Notes under the pieces: generated by a model
The model's database searches: none
What the model was told of the DNA's origin: nothing
What the model saw: only the letters and a program-made list of their open reading frames with translations
From: Octopus bimaculoides
Lineage: Eukaryota
Length of the DNA: 36,072 nucleotides
NCBI RefSeq assembly: GCF_001194135.2
Contig: NC_068987.1
Location: forward strand, 78,040,508 to 78,076,579
Direction: 5' to 3'
Shown: piece by piece, positions 35,419 through 36,072 of the stretch
Position numbering within the stretch: position 1 is the first letter of the stretch
Layout of the letters: every line of letters starts with the position of its first letter
Translations under genes and position numbers: made by a program

Positions 35419-36072
35419 CTGCCTATTCGTTGCACTATTTAGTTGTCATGGAGAATTGAAACCGAGTCCCAAAATCTGCTTTTTAGGATCTTACCATATA
35501 TCTAGAGATCTATCTACAAGTTCATATAAAATCTATTGTCTTCTGAGTGATTAAGTACAAGATACAACATCTTAGTGGTTATTGGGAGTAACGTTACTCC
35601 TATTCTCAGGAGAGACAATGAAATGAACTGGGTCTGAGGAAAGCTAGAAGCAACGCAGTGAATTTGAAGCTCATATCTTAATCTTTTATTCCACAGTTTT
35701 CTGCATTTATCCTTTAAAAAAATTTGCATATAACATAGTTTATATTTTATTAACAACAAAATATGCTAAAATAATCTTGTGATAAATGTTAAAAAATATC
35801 CTAGGATGATATAAAAAGGAAAACTGTCGCGATCGATCATTTTTGAAGCTGTTGTCTGCTTATGTACCCTCCAACTCTATATTAACAATGCATATTTTTA
35901 CATTCTATTTTTGAAACAATAGTTATACGTAAATTTCTCGATAATTTATTTCAGCTGTATTTCTTCTTTGTTGTGTTATATTATTCTCGGTTTCTGCATA
36001 ATTTGCAGGTAAAAGAAAGTGTCATAACAAATGCTGATCTTTTGCATTTGCATTGAAAAAAAAAAAAAAAAA

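Noticed and set aside
35630-35665. CTGAGGA-A-GCT-aga-AGC-AACG
   Set aside because: Only a 3-bp helix and no GAAA; indistinguishable from chance.
36057-36072. Terminal poly(A) as an mRNA or retrocopy tail
   Set aside because: Truncated by the window edge, with no upstream ORF or element to link it to.

Overview
AT-rich, repeat-saturated eukaryotic DNA with 13 assembly gaps (~4.3 kb of N). No host protein-coding exon, rRNA, functional tRNA or CRISPR array is supportable; the window looks intergenic or deep-intronic. The SINE families and extreme microsatellite load resemble Octopus (coleoid) genomes, which is my recognition and not a database hit. Identified content: five decayed Tc1/mariner/pogo-type DNA transposons or MITEs plus one IR/DR fold-back derivative, three R4/Dong-like restriction-like-endonuclease (RLE) non-LTR retrotransposon copies sitting in (AAT)n, one RTE-type LINE 5' fragment, many tRNA-headed SINEs (working labels A, B, C), an unclassified dispersed repeat (D), and an initiator-tRNA-Met pseudogene. 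Best leads: (i) several degenerate minimal hammerhead-ribozyme motifs in unrelated short repeats, one next to an inverted tRNA-like head (3930-4255); (ii) a DD37D transposase with TGA at up to four Trp positions; (iii) (AAT)n-targeted R4/Dong insertions; (iv) a ~180-bp fold-back and inverted SINE pairs able to form dsRNA. Almost all ORF-track entries are microsatellite or gap artefacts.
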